Assembly (NCBI GenBank): GCA_028534125.1
Contig: CM052817.1
Location: 9,674,001 to 9,738,000 of the forward strand
Origin: Lama glama
Taxonomy: Eukaryota
Length of the DNA stretch: 64,000 nucleotides
Direction of reading: 5' to 3'
The translations under genes were made by a program, and so were the position numbers. Under the pieces are notes generated by a model. That model was given only the letters and a program-made list of their open reading frames with translations, made no database searches and was not told where the DNA came from. Shown one piece after another: positions 40,417 through 53,449 of the stretch (its first letter is position 1; every line of letters starts with the position of its first letter).

Positions 40417-42269
40417 CTGAAATAAAAAAGAAAAACTTTAACATTAAAGGCTATAAAGAACAAATGTAGTAAGAAATTACAATCACATTTCTACAAATAA
40501 AATCCAGTGCCTAAAGTCCACTTCTTCCTGCTTGCAAGATGTGAAAAGGAAGTAACATGGATTAGAGGTAACATGGAGATGTTAAATTTGGTAAGAACCT
40601 GGAGGGTTAAACTATCACAGCCCAAATCATACTTCATCAGCAGGAGCTACAATAATGAACACAGAACTGACTTCCTCTTACAAAGGCGTCACAGGAAAAC
40701 AATACTCGCTTTGTAGCATGAGGCATCATTTGAAAAAGGAACCCAGCAGGTTATACAGCTTTAAGTCAGCAAGTGCAGAGTCGGCCAGGTTATGAGATCT
40801 CCAAGGCATTTTTAATGACACGCACAAATCTCACACACTTTCCATTCATGCACTACAACTTCTGTCAGTATCTTCCTTGTGTTCCCTCTTTTATTTTCAC
40901 ATTTCACATAAGAGCTCTGTGAAGTCTGACCTCTTTTAACCTTTTCATGTCTTAACCTACTTATCCCCCACTTGAGTCAGCTGGGACAATGTAATGTAAA
41001 TATTACTAATGCTGGTGTACATGTATCAGGAATCTTTTGTCAATAACTATTATTGAAAACACTCACTGGATATCCAATTTCCTGTAACGTATTATTTCAG
41101 AAGCAATTTTCTGAAGGAGAAGTGCAAATGAGGTGTACAATAAAGAATATTTAAAGATTCATTATTAAGGAACTAAAAATTTGAGTACCTTATATACTGG
41201 ATTTGTCTTCACAAAGCAATTTTAATATAGTAACGCTATGATCAAATTACTTTAACCCAACCCTTTCAAATGGCAAATATTTTAAACATAATACAGCTAT
41301 AATTTACTTTGAAGGAGTGGGAAAATTAAATGTGTGATGCTTTTAAATCCCATGTTATAATTCAAATTAAACCAGACACGATAGGTCTTGGCTTGGTGTC
41401 TAAGACACAAGCTGCATTTCAGAGTGAAGCACACAAGCTTTATGGATTTAATTATACAGCTTAATATATAAAAACAGCTTTGTTTCAACATGCATCTCAT
41501 CTACTTTGTTAAATAAAAATAAAAGGACTGATTCCAAAGACTTTCAAGTAATTTTAACAGGAATGTCATTGCTACTGCTCATCTAGCAAAAGCAAAAGAT
41601 TTAAGGATGTCATTTAAAAGGCAAAGTTATCAAAGATAAATTAAACTAAAAATGAGGAAGTAGTCTATTAAGAAAAAAAGCAGGCATATTTTATTTGCAT
41701 TTGTCATTTGTTTTCTCAAAGTGACTATACACAGAAAAACTACGCCTCTCATACTAACTCCCCTGCATATTACTGGATCTAAACCAAGAGAATGACACAT
41801 GGAACGATGGAAATAAAACTGTAAGCATTAAATAAATGTGAAAACTGATGAGAAAAACAAGGAACAACAGAAACAGCCACTGTGGTCAAGGGAGTTCAGA
41901 AAACAGGATGACACTGCAAAAGTGCTCTACATATGGTAGTTCTCAATTTTGATTGGCTAAAAAATCTGTATTACATATTTATATAAATAATATTGATACT
42001 ATCATCTATCAAAATAATGATTATTTCTATTATGATGCATGTTAAACTTCTTTAAGAAACACTATACAGCACATGGTCCAAGTATACGAGGTGCTAAATG
42101 ATCAGACAACATTACATTCTAAAATAGAAACTACTATCAATTAAATTTACTACACTTGAAAACAAATGGCTTAAATTATCCTTCAAACAAAATATAAAGT
42201 TCTTATCAACAAGAAGTAAATGGCCTTGGAATGAATAAGTTCCTGGCCATCGAAACATATGACTCTCAC

Positions 42270-42456
42270 CTGTATCTGATTTTTCATCCACAGAATATTT
42301 AAAGAACTTCTGTCGCTCCTCAGCTTGATTCCACAGGCTGAGGCCTCTGAGGAGCTCTGCGGCGTCCTTCTGAGAGCAGTGCTGTGCAATCACTTTCTTT
42401 TTAATATCCTTAAGCTCTTCATAGGTAAAATATTCCATTAACATGGGCTGAAAAAC
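42270..42456 (-). CDS. FBXL5: FBXL5 exon 4, [62 protein letters not shown](E)
   Basis: Acceptor aatttag, donor G|gtgaga; 187 nt. Confidence 0.97.
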
Positions 42457-43828
42457 CTAAATTAAACAAAATACTCATCAGGAAATATGCTTAACTGGTT
42501 CTGTTGCACTGTACACTTTTTAAATTATTAATGGCTCGAGTGTGGTCAAATGCCCATGTTAAGAGCAAGACATAAAGATTTAGTTGTTATCACTAAGTTA
42601 GCTTATCCAAAACTGCACAGAAGAACACCACAAGATCCTTCTTTCTGTGGCTTCTCCAGTTAGTAAGTCAATCCCTTAACAATTTAAAAGCATCCAAACC
42701 AGAAGGTCTTCCTGTACAGAGCTTGCCATACACTCTCAATCACTCTGTATGGTCGGACATTTAGGTCCGTTAACTGCCTTCTGCTACTGCAACTGACCTC
42801 TATCTAAACCGGGCCTCTACATCACATAAGAATGGTATTCAGTATATTAGAATCATGAAAGTCAGAGCTTTACTAAGACCTTCAACTATTCAAAATTATC
42901 TGGGAGATTTCTTCTCTGAAATAGATGTTTAGTCCCAACCTCTAACTGACAGAATTAGAATCTTAAGAGGTAGAGCCAAGGGCTTTTTGTTGTTGTTTCA
43001 TAATGCTGACATACATCACAGGTTAAGAAACACTGCTCTAGTAACTTGGTAGTTTCAATGCCTGTTGCATATTTGCATATTATAATAACCTGGGGAGCCT
43101 TTAAACTGTACCCATGTCAATATCTCTCACCTGATTTAACTGGTCTGGAAAGGGCTGAATTAAAAGGAGATTTTTCTAAATAGCAATCTGATTACAAGGT
43201 GAAGCCTTATTATACTGAGAATCACTATAATAACTGATTTCCAGCTGAACAAGAATCAAGTTTCTCATAAAGTATTTTCTCTATTCCTCACCCTGATATT
43301 CATCCCACTTTAGAGAAAGAAGAGAATGAGAAAATGTTTTGCTAATCCATTCAGTGATATCCTAATACGTGTGCACTAGGTGTAAGGCTGATAAATTTAA
43401 CACCACCACTTAATTACAAAAATCTACTCCTAAAAAAACCACTAAAAATTCTTTAAACTTAATATGAAAATACAGGAAAACATTAAAAAGTTTAAAGAAT
43501 CTTTAAAAAAAGAAATAAAACAGAAAAAAGTTCAAAGAATCTTCTAAAGGTTCAGGAAAGACAGTAGGATTGCATAAAAAGTTATTAACAGTGCCATCCA
43601 CATAACAACATAAGTATTTGTTGAGTAAATGAATTAAATCACTCATTCAATGGAAAGCAACAAACTCTCTAAGGGGACAAAATGAACTCTTTTTCCTTGG
43701 GTTTTTCTTCATTTCCTAAAATGAACTAGAAGTCCATCTTCCTATACATTATTTTGAAGAATCAAAGGCGAAATAACATTTTTTTTAATTTTATAAATCA
43801 AAATCACAAGGGGAAGAAATATGCTTAC

Positions 43829-43924
43829 CTCCTCTTCCTCTTTCATGTGAGGAAGAAAATCTCTTGTAAAAGCCTCCAATCTTTCTTTCAGCTGTTTTGC
43901 ATAATTTAACTGCTCATATTCATT
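43829..43924 (-). CDS. FBXL5: FBXL5 exon 3, [32 protein letters not shown] (hemerythrin ligands H126, E130)
   Basis: Acceptor gtttgcag, donor GAG|gtaagc; 96 nt. Confidence 0.97.
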
Positions 43925-43961
43925 CTGCAAACAAACAAAAAAACTGTACTCTATAAAAATG

Positions 43962-44130
43962 CTGATAACTATAATGGAAAAGTATCTGAAGACAGACAGC
44001 TATATATACATATAACAGATATAGATATATATGTTTATATGTATAACTGAACTGCTTTGCTGTACACCTGAGACTAACATTGTAAATCAATTACACTCCA
44101 ATAAAAAATAAAATTTTTGAGTAAAAAAAA
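43962..44130 (+). mobile_element. Short L1 3' end fragment
   Basis: 'ataactataatggaaaag...gtataactgaactgctttgctgtacacctgagactaacattgtaaatcaattacactccaataaaaa'. Confidence 0.8.
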
Positions 44131-45760
44131 TTGGTTCATTATTTATACTGTATCTGGTCCTAGGAATTCAGTTTAAAATGTAACATGAAACCTCAGGAAA
44201 AACATTAGACTAGCAAACAGCAAAGTGGTCTCTGCACTTTTCTAAGTATAAAAGATGTCCTTAAAACATCTTTTAAAGGAAACTTGAACTCCTTTAGTCA
44301 GGTGATCTCATACTTTTAAAAAATGTCATAAAAAGTATTTGCTCAAAGCTTCCATTGACTTCTAATGTATTTACACAATTCCACGTGTCAGTTTTCTTAT
44401 ACTTCAGAGCAGCCCTTAAAGGCCTACTGGACTATATCATTACAGAATCCCTTTAAGGTCACCTGGTGTCTCCTCCACTAAACAATTAATACCTGTTACA
44501 TTATCCTTCAGAAGACCATATACACTTCAAAAATGACTAATTGTGGGTAACAGCTGAAAAGTTCTTCCTCATACAAACTAAGATCATATCTCCCTGTAAC
44601 TTATCCACCGCTCCTCTATCAGCCCTCTCAACTGAATACATGTGGAAAATTTACAAAATAATAAAATTTTTTTTAATATGGGAATATTTCATTCCTGCTG
44701 AGTCCTCTCTAGTCTCTTCCTTTTTGAACTAATTTATTCAGCTGCTTCCCGATAGCCTAGCCAATGTCCTAGTCTCTTAGGATTTGACACGTTTTCCCTA
44801 AGCATAACCAAGTGGTCTCTATTGCTACTTACATGCTAATAAGTATCAATTTTGCTTTCCGAACTACCATTCTAACCTGAAAGCCCGACTATGCCTCCTC
44901 CTATTAATATACGTCCACCTGGACTGCACAGGCAGTTCCAACCCAATCTGTTCATTATGGATCTTTTTATTCCCCCAGCCTCTTTCATATTCCGTAGAAA
45001 GTCTGGCTCAACTCTATTTCTTTTCTCATTCTCCATTCCTCTCCCCTTTACAGACAAGCACTGCTTTCTATCAATGTTATATCCTACATTATTCTCAAGT
45101 CTGTCCCCTCTCCCACTCTCCACTAGTCATTACTTTAGTTCAGATTTTAATCATTTTACTGACTAGATAATACGTGAAAATGTTATAAAATTCAAAGAGC
45201 ATAAAGGAGTATTTAATGAAAAGTGAATCTCCCAATACCATCTTCCCTCCCATCAGCCTATCCCTACTCAATCTCCCAACTCCCCACCAAGTAGCTATTG
45301 TGTATTTTTCCAGAGACTACAATAATTTTTTATAACAATCTTCCTGCTTGAGTCTTTTCCTTCCTTCAGTCCATCCTCTTCCCTGATGCAGAACAGTCTT
45401 TCTTGAACACAAATCTATAAATTAAAAGTGTGTGGTGGTTTGAGAGAGTTGCAACTTACATCTATGCTTCACCAAGTCAAACGGGACAAACGAAGATCAA
45501 ACTTCAAATAGCCCATAATATGTAAATACAATAGGAAAATTTTTCTACACTAGTATCCTAAACTATGTTCATTCTAAGTAACAATTTTACCTTTAGTCAC
45601 CAGTGACTGCATTTACTACCGCTTTCTTTTAAGAGTTCAGCAAATGTTATCAGAAATTTAAAAATTTTAAGTAATTAAAATTTCAACTTAGAACAACACC
45701 TTTAAGATTTGGGGAGTAGCATTCATGATTAAATTTTGTATAGAGTAACAAAGTGGTAAC

Positions 45761-46196
45761 TGATAAAGATTCTCATCAAAACTCAGTGAGGCTCCACTGA
45801 GTCTTTTTGTCAAGTAGGCCCCAACCTTGAGCTCTGTCCCTGGCCCACTTGGTCCAGTTTTAGCAAAAAATCATCCTAACCAGTCTATCAACCCCTCTCC
45901 CCAACCTTGTCATCTGATAGCCCTCAGTATCTACCTGCTCTGAATATCTTACCACCTTGGTCTGCCTTCCGCAAAAGGCAGCAAGTCAGTCTTGCAAGAA
46001 TCGCCCAGCCTTGATGCTTCCTATTAGCAATTTTCCTGACCCTCACCCTGCTTTCTGGCTATAAATCCCCACTTGTCCTTGTCATATTCACAGTTAAGCC
46101 CATCTCTCTCTGCAAAACCCCACTGTAGTAATCCCTTTAATAAAGTCTTCCCTACCATCTTTAACAAGTATCAGAGTAATTTTTCTTTCTTTAACA
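45761..46196 (+). mobile_element. ERV1-class solo LTR (MER31-like)
   Basis: TG...CA ends with a 4-bp TSD TAAC (45757-45760, 46197-46200); TATAAA at 46060-46065; AATAAA at 46139-46144. Confidence 0.85.
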
Positions 46197-46289
46197 TAAC
46201 ATCATTTACTAGAAAATGCTAACAAGTTTTGCCAATGACATATCAGAAGACAGCACAAGTTCTCATAAATACTCGTTCATGCAACTCAC

Positions 46290-46505
46290 CTTAACATTCT
46301 TCAAACCCTTTTCAAAGAGGCTAAGCATCTCAGAGAGTTTATTGTCAGAATGCACATTATAAATGGTCTGGCTGCGTTGCTGAAGCAAACCAATAATGTA
46401 TTCGTTTTCAATCTGCTCATGCATTTTGAACTCCTTAAAAGTAGCATACAGAGACTGCAGAAGAGCACGGAAATCGTTGTTGTTGGAGAAGTTGGTTTTA
46501 GAAAG
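46290..46505 (-). CDS. FBXL5: FBXL5 exon 2, [72 protein letters not shown] (hemerythrin ligands H57, E58, E61, H80)
   Basis: Acceptor tttatacag, donor AAG|gtgagt; 216 nt. Confidence 0.97.
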
Positions 46506-48179
46506 CTGTATAAAAATTTAAAAAAGGCATAATACGTACATGTAAATATGCACCAGTAAGAAATATTCAAATGCATTCCTATTTAGTTTTGTATATAGCA
46601 AAGTATCTCCCTTACAATTGGTCAAAGTAGGGAAGGAAATTCATAAACTAAGAAGTTATGATGCTGTAATAAAAAGGGCCCCAGGCCAGGAATGCTGGTT
46701 TGAATTCTGAAGGAAGGAACATATGCACCAACAAATAGCATGGTTTCTTTATATAAAAGGGATTAAACCAGACTCCATCAAAAATCTAAAATTCCATTAT
46801 CTGTATACTAAATATAGACACTCCATAGAGTTGTAGGTAAACATTAAAAGAGTTATGTTAGGATAATGTGATGTGCTTTTTCCTCTGTTTAAAATGTGCT
46901 TTATGCTACTACACTATTTTTACCATGTAAAAAATTCAGAAACATTCTATTATAGTTTGTTTAAATATTAATATCAAGAGGCATCTGATCTGTTCAGAAA
47001 ATAATTATAAAACATTGAGCTATTAGAATATTACTAGATAATTTCAGGGGAGTAATTTATTTTTTAAAGAAAACCAGGATAAACACTTGGCAGTTTATAT
47101 AAGGAGTCGTGTACTTTTTTGGTGTGGAAGCACTGCAACAGTGCAACGTGAAACCTGGCACATCAGGCCATAAGAAAGCAAACGCACCTGAAGGAAAGAC
47201 CAAACTCAATGAAAATACAAAGAAATACACACAGTGTCATCTTCCCTAATTCTACTATTCAACAAGAGAAAATGACTATTCTGATGTAACTTTTACTTTT
47301 TACATTTACTGTCAAACTAAATTCTCATGTTTAAAGCATACATATTATCAAGAAGCTCGATTCAAGCTGAAGTTCAAAGTAAACCCAAACCTTCCATTAC
47401 CTCCACTGCCACATTAAATCTACCTTCTATTATGTCAATTCCAGTTTCAAAATTCACTTTAAGAGGGAAAATCTGATTAGGTTAAAAAACAAGAGACAGT
47501 AAATGGAGGAGAAGCTACTAACACCAACTTCCTAGACTGCTCTGCAAAGTCTGATCTAGGATTCCTAAAATGAAGCAGAGTCTAACCTGTCTTAACTGCC
47601 TGTCTGTTCCAGGTAGGAATAGTAGGCTCGTGACAAAGTATCAAAAAGACAAACTCCGAAAGCAAAACTATTCTACTACATATTATAGTATATAATACGT
47701 AATATATGATAGATAAGTATTTTCTGTATAAGGCAGTATGGATTAGGTATTAAGAGTTATTTATAGAAAGCCAGACCTACAGCCAAATTCTCTGAGGTTA
47801 GGTTCCAGTCCTAGTATTTATTTAGCTGTGTAACCCTGGGTAAGTTACTTTTCTCCCTAAATGTCTTAGTTTCTTCTTGGTGTTAAATGGGAATAACACC
47901 ACTGGTACTTCACATGGCTGCTGTGAGATTAAAATGAATTGGTGCTTAATAAATATTAGCTATCATTATTTTGAAAATTAGTCATTCATTTTTATAAATT
48001 AATGCATTTTTTTACTCCATTCAACTATTTAATGAGCAGCTATTATGAGCCAGGCACTGTTTCTGGTACTTGGTATACTTTTGTGAACAAAACAGACATC
48101 TCTGCCTTTATGGAGCTCACATTCTAGTGACTGGAAACAGGACAATGAATAGGAACCCCAGTAAGTAAATTATCTAGAA

Positions 48180-48465
48180 CAGGGGTTGGCAACTTTTTCT
48201 GTAAAGGGCCAGATACTAAGTATTTTACGTTTTGTGGGGCATACTGTCTGCAGCAACTATTTAATTCAGCTGTTTTAGCACAAAAGCAGTCATATGAATG
48301 AGTATAAATGAAATTTTATTCAAAATTTTAATTTCATTTAATTTTCACATGTCATAATATATTATTGTTTTGATTTTTTCGAACTACTTAAAAATGTAAA
48401 AAATAGTCTTAGCTCCTGAGCCACACAAAAACAACGACAAGACAGATTTGGTTAAACCGATGCTG
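48180..48465 (+). mobile_element. MER58-type hAT MITE
   Basis: Starts CAGGGGTTGGCAACTTTTTCTGTAAAGGGCCAGATA. Confidence 0.75.
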
Positions 48466-51400
48466 CAAATGTTATCTTAAGAAATGCCACACAAAAATCA
48501 CAACAAAATTCCCTAGTGGCTCATCTCAGGAAATACTATTATGTGTCATTTTATTTAAAAAAAATAAAAATAAGTCTAACTGGAAATAAAAGATAGATTT
48601 TGAAAGTATTACTAATAGCTATAAAATTTTTAAAAACAAAAGCATGGCAAAAAAGTAAATAATGCTCTCATGTGAGTTATGGAAAATAACATCTTAAAAG
48701 ACATGTAAGAAGTTTTATAAATATTCTCACCGGACTATTAGAAAATCTTTCAGATATAATAAAAGTTAAGGCAAAGACCTGGTTCATGCTACAGACTGAG
48801 AACCAAATTAGACAGACAAAAGGACTCTGTTATACACAGAGTCAACCAGGCAGAGTGGTTAAAAATGCTGACTTTGGAGCCAGACTGCTGGGGTGTGAAT
48901 CCATCTCTGCCAGCAAGTCACTAAGTTACTCTGTACCTCACTCAGCTTCTTATCTGTAAAATAAGATTAATAAAACTACTTCATAAAGTTCTTGTGGTGA
49001 TTGAGTAAATTAATATGTTTAAAGAACACAGAATGTAACCTATATAAGTCTACTTAGGCTTTTCTGTTATTTCTATATCTAGCCCAAATAAAACTATCAC
49101 TAGAAGTCCTTACCCTACTCAGTTTTTCTCCAGTTCAACAGCTGTTTTTAACCAGGTACCTAAAGTCAGTAAATTTAGCAGTGAAAAGAATAACCTGAGC
49201 ATATACAATTTAACTTTTAAAAAAATCTGCTCATATGAATCGTTTTTTTTTTTTTAATTGTTTGTCTCTTAGTTGTTGCCACTGTAGAAGTGCTACTGGC
49301 ATCTTAGTGGGTGAATGGCAGGGATCCACTAAACACCCTAAAATGCAGGTGACAGCCCTCACAGCAAAGAGTCATCTGGCCCAAAATGTCAACAGTGCTG
49401 CAGTTGAGAAATGCTGCCCTAAAGAAGTGTTTTTTCAAGCATGTTTAACCATGACCTTTAGTATGAAATACAGCACAACCCAGACACATACACATCACAA
49501 CACTTCTAACAAATTTCAGGAAACAGTATTTCCCTCCCTAATCCATGATGTATTCTATTATTTACTTTTCCATTTCACTTTTAACGCTATTTCTGACCCA
49601 TAAAATTAATTCCATGACCCACAAATAGACAATAGCACACACTTTGAAAAATATTGTTCTACAGTAGGATATAAAAGTTCCTAAGTGACCTATAAGTTTG
49701 TATCCTCTGATGCCTGGCTAATTCAACAAAGAACCTATGTACAACAGGAAACGTATACTCAAAAACAGTAACATGCTACTTCCTATATTATAAAAGAATC
49801 TGTAAACTTTCTGTCTCAGATATTCTGCAACTTAAAATCATACCTACAGCATGGCTTCAAACTGATTTGAAAAGTTATGTGTCACTTGAAGACTAATATT
49901 AAATATTAAGTTCAAAAACAGACAGGAAAAAACATAACAAAAATTCAATTACTATTACCACAAACAAGTTTTTATTTTTTTTATCTTCTCAGCCAGTGCT
50001 TTCATTTTTCATCAAGGGAGATTTACACTCAATGAAGAAAACCTTAAAACTGATATGCTCAAACTAGCTTTAATTTACAGACAGAAAAAACCATGATCCA
50101 CAGGTGAAATGTTTTGCATAAAATCATACAGCTAGTAATAAGCAGCAGAACCATTAACGTAATGCAAAAAACAGGAGCTTCAGAAAGAGAAAAAATCCTA
50201 AAGATTAAAATTCAGGCTCCCCTAATTACTAGGTGAGTGAGTTGGGTAAGTTAGTTAACCACCATGTCTGTCTCCTCTGTAAATCAGAGATAATACTTGC
50301 CACACAGCACTCTTGTGAGGATTAAAAGAAATAAATAAGCACGTAGTAAGAACTCATTAAATTCCTTTTCCCTTCCTCCCCAGCTCTCAATTCAGCATTC
50401 TCTCCAATAAATCAACTCTCTCAATGCTAGTCAATAACAGTTTTTACAGGTATGCAAAGAAACAGGAAAACTAAATGAATTCTTCATAAACCTATATTCA
50501 TTCAATTTTTTAAAAATAATCTATTCAAATTATTCTCAGCCATTTCCTCTCTAGGGTTTTGGTCATAAAATGTTCTATTTTTATACAATGATAAAGCAGG
50601 TGGCACTGTTAATATTCTTACCTGAAAAACTTGGACACTCGATAAAGCCTCCAGCCCTTGAACTCTGTATAAGTGGTTTATGTATAAGTCTGGGAATCTG
50701 TACTAAGCACATCCTTAAAACCACCACCTACTTTGTTTCGAGAAATGAGTTCAAACACACTGTTAAGACTACTCCTGATGCTTTAACGTAGAGCTGACCA
50801 CGTACTTCCCTTCGCTCCCACCATACGGCATTTAGATTTCCATCCTAGCACAAATGTTAAAATTGTAAACTCCTTAAGAAAGGAACCACATTTCACACCA
50901 CCAATACAAGCTACTACAGCACAATTGACAGCAGAAACTCCACGCTCACTAGCAGAATTAATGTTAAGTTTTGAGGATTTGAGGAAAAACTGAGGAATTG
51001 AAATAAGCTGGAAAAAGGATGTCATCCAATGTAAATATTCCCTAAAAAACATCCCAATTTGGAAGGTCAGTGAACAACAGATTATCAACAAGAAAAATTC
51101 TGTCAGAAACTACTCTGGTTTCATACAAAGAAAATTAAGCTAAGAATCATGATCCTGACATGGGGTGCCATCCGGGTCCAGCACTGCTTATGTCAACTTG
51201 GTCTAGCTAACCAAGGCCTACAAATACCCAGCTATAAAGCAGAAATACCCCTGCCTTTATCTACCTCAAAGGACTATTGTTTGAAAACTCTTTCCATAAA
51301 ACGTTTTATAAATGTAAGGGGGAATCCATGAGCAAACTATTAAATTAGGTATTATATAGCATATTTAAAATGGCCTACAACTTCAGAATAAATTATTCTT

Positions 51401-53449
51401 AGTAAACTAATCGAAGCACGAAGCACGTAAATAACTGAATTGATGCTAATAAATGGATGTTTCTAAAATACATTGTACTTGAAAAAGTCAATACTGGAAA
51501 TAAAACTGACATCTTTATAATAACTGGGCATTCAGAGTCAACATTTAGAACATAGTGAAATAACACATTTTGTAAAGTTTTACTACATGCTGCTCGGGTT
51601 CGGTATCTATTGTCTGTACAACCAAAAGATGACAAAGGCAAAAACTAAGATGACCAATGAATAAAAACAAATAGTCCTTTAAGACAATTCAGCCATCATG
51701 AAATACGTTTTTTTCCCCCTCTATCTCCCAAAGGCTGTCCCAGGAGAGATTTCTACCAACTATTAGTATCAGGAAGAAATCTGGATATAGAATTCCTATG
51801 CAGTTTTTTTTTTCCCCTAACTCACCTTGGCCTCTGATTCACAGTTCAGAAAACTGGACTTTTAATCTTGATAAACATACACAACAATCTCATTTACTAC
51901 ATCTAATTAATTCAAATTATGTGATAATTTTAACTTCTGTTACGGCAAACTGAAAATGCTTTCTTAGTTATTTCAAGAGCAGACATTTAACTCCTGAAAA
52001 GAAACTTATTTGACTCAGATGTTGTTTTTAAAAACGGCACTGTATTTTCAAAGTATGATCTAACATTTTCAATCACCAGGTAATGACACACACAATTAGT
52101 ACCTGACTTCTTCAAATTTTTTAAATAGGGCTGGTCAGGCTAGCATGTAACTAAGTAAAGTTATGATTTTTAACTATTTTGGGAGAATCAAGTCACAATC
52201 ATTTGGAAATCTAATGAAAGTCACAGACCCCCTAGAAAAACGTACATAGGCACCAAAACTTTCCTAACAATTTTGGGTGATCCTTGGACTACCTCTCTGA
52301 ACTGAAGAAAGGACCTCGGATTCTATTACTCCTCTTTAACTTTCCCTTTTCAATTTGAGAAAGTAAAACACCTTCCCATTTTTTTCCTGCAATTTTTATC
52401 CTGCAATTAAAAGATATTATCAGAATAACTAAGTCCAAAAGCCAGAACAGATGAAAATGCTATATAGTAAGTGAAGTCAAAAATCCAGAGTTACACGGCT
52501 TACCCATTTGTTGTGTTTCTCCTGGATGTTTCTCCCTTTTGGCCGCACACTGGACTAACCTGGGGAGCTTTAAATTACACTCGATGTCTGGGTCCCTCCC
52601 TCAGAGGCCCTGATTTTAACAGCTTTCGGATGATTCTCATGAGCAAAGTTGAGAACCACTGTCCTAGACTGCCCTGGTATTTAAACCTGTATCTGAACCG
52701 GGTGTTTTTAATCTTCAAAATGGAGACAGGGAAAAGACGGTTGTGGGTGCTTTTTAAGTGTGGCCTAGCACTGAAGACTTTGGGCATCCTCCAACCCAGA
52801 CCTCACTGGGCTGCAAGTACATCTCTTTTCTCTCAACAGTGATTCTCCTTAATGCTATGTAATTTCTGAAAGTTCACCAAAGTTGATTTCTATGCTTAAT
52901 AAAGAGTGCTTTGTTTTTTGCTTGGCACTTCTACATGAAACAGAATTGCCCAAAGTTCTCAGGATATCCGTATGTGGACTTCCCCCAACATAAACTTTTG
53001 ACAGAAATGTTTTTAAATCATTAGCAAAAAGGCCCTAAACTAAGGCCCTAAATTATCTCCACAAAAGTGCTTTTTCAGCTTATGCTGCGCCAATTAAGGG
53101 TGCAAAAAGGTTCTCGCAGTTAAACCAACTTTTTCCGAGGCCCCTTTCATTGGAGTCCAGTAAAGAATTCCAACAGAGAAGAGCTGCGTTGTAACAAAAT
53201 CTACATCGAGTAAAGGCTCCAGACAATACAATTTGCAAAGAAAAGATAATCGCAAATGAAGAGTGAGGGTTCTCAAGAGACCTGAGTTTTTTTCCCAAAT
53301 CAAACCAGTGAAAAAGCTGGGGCGTAAAATAGGCAGAGAGCAGTTAGGAGAAGCTGCCTGTTGGGCCAGGCAGCAAGCCAGAGGTTCAGAAGAAGGATGG
53401 ATGGGTTTGAGTAACAGACTCGGGGAGCCCCAAAACAGGCAGGGGGAGG

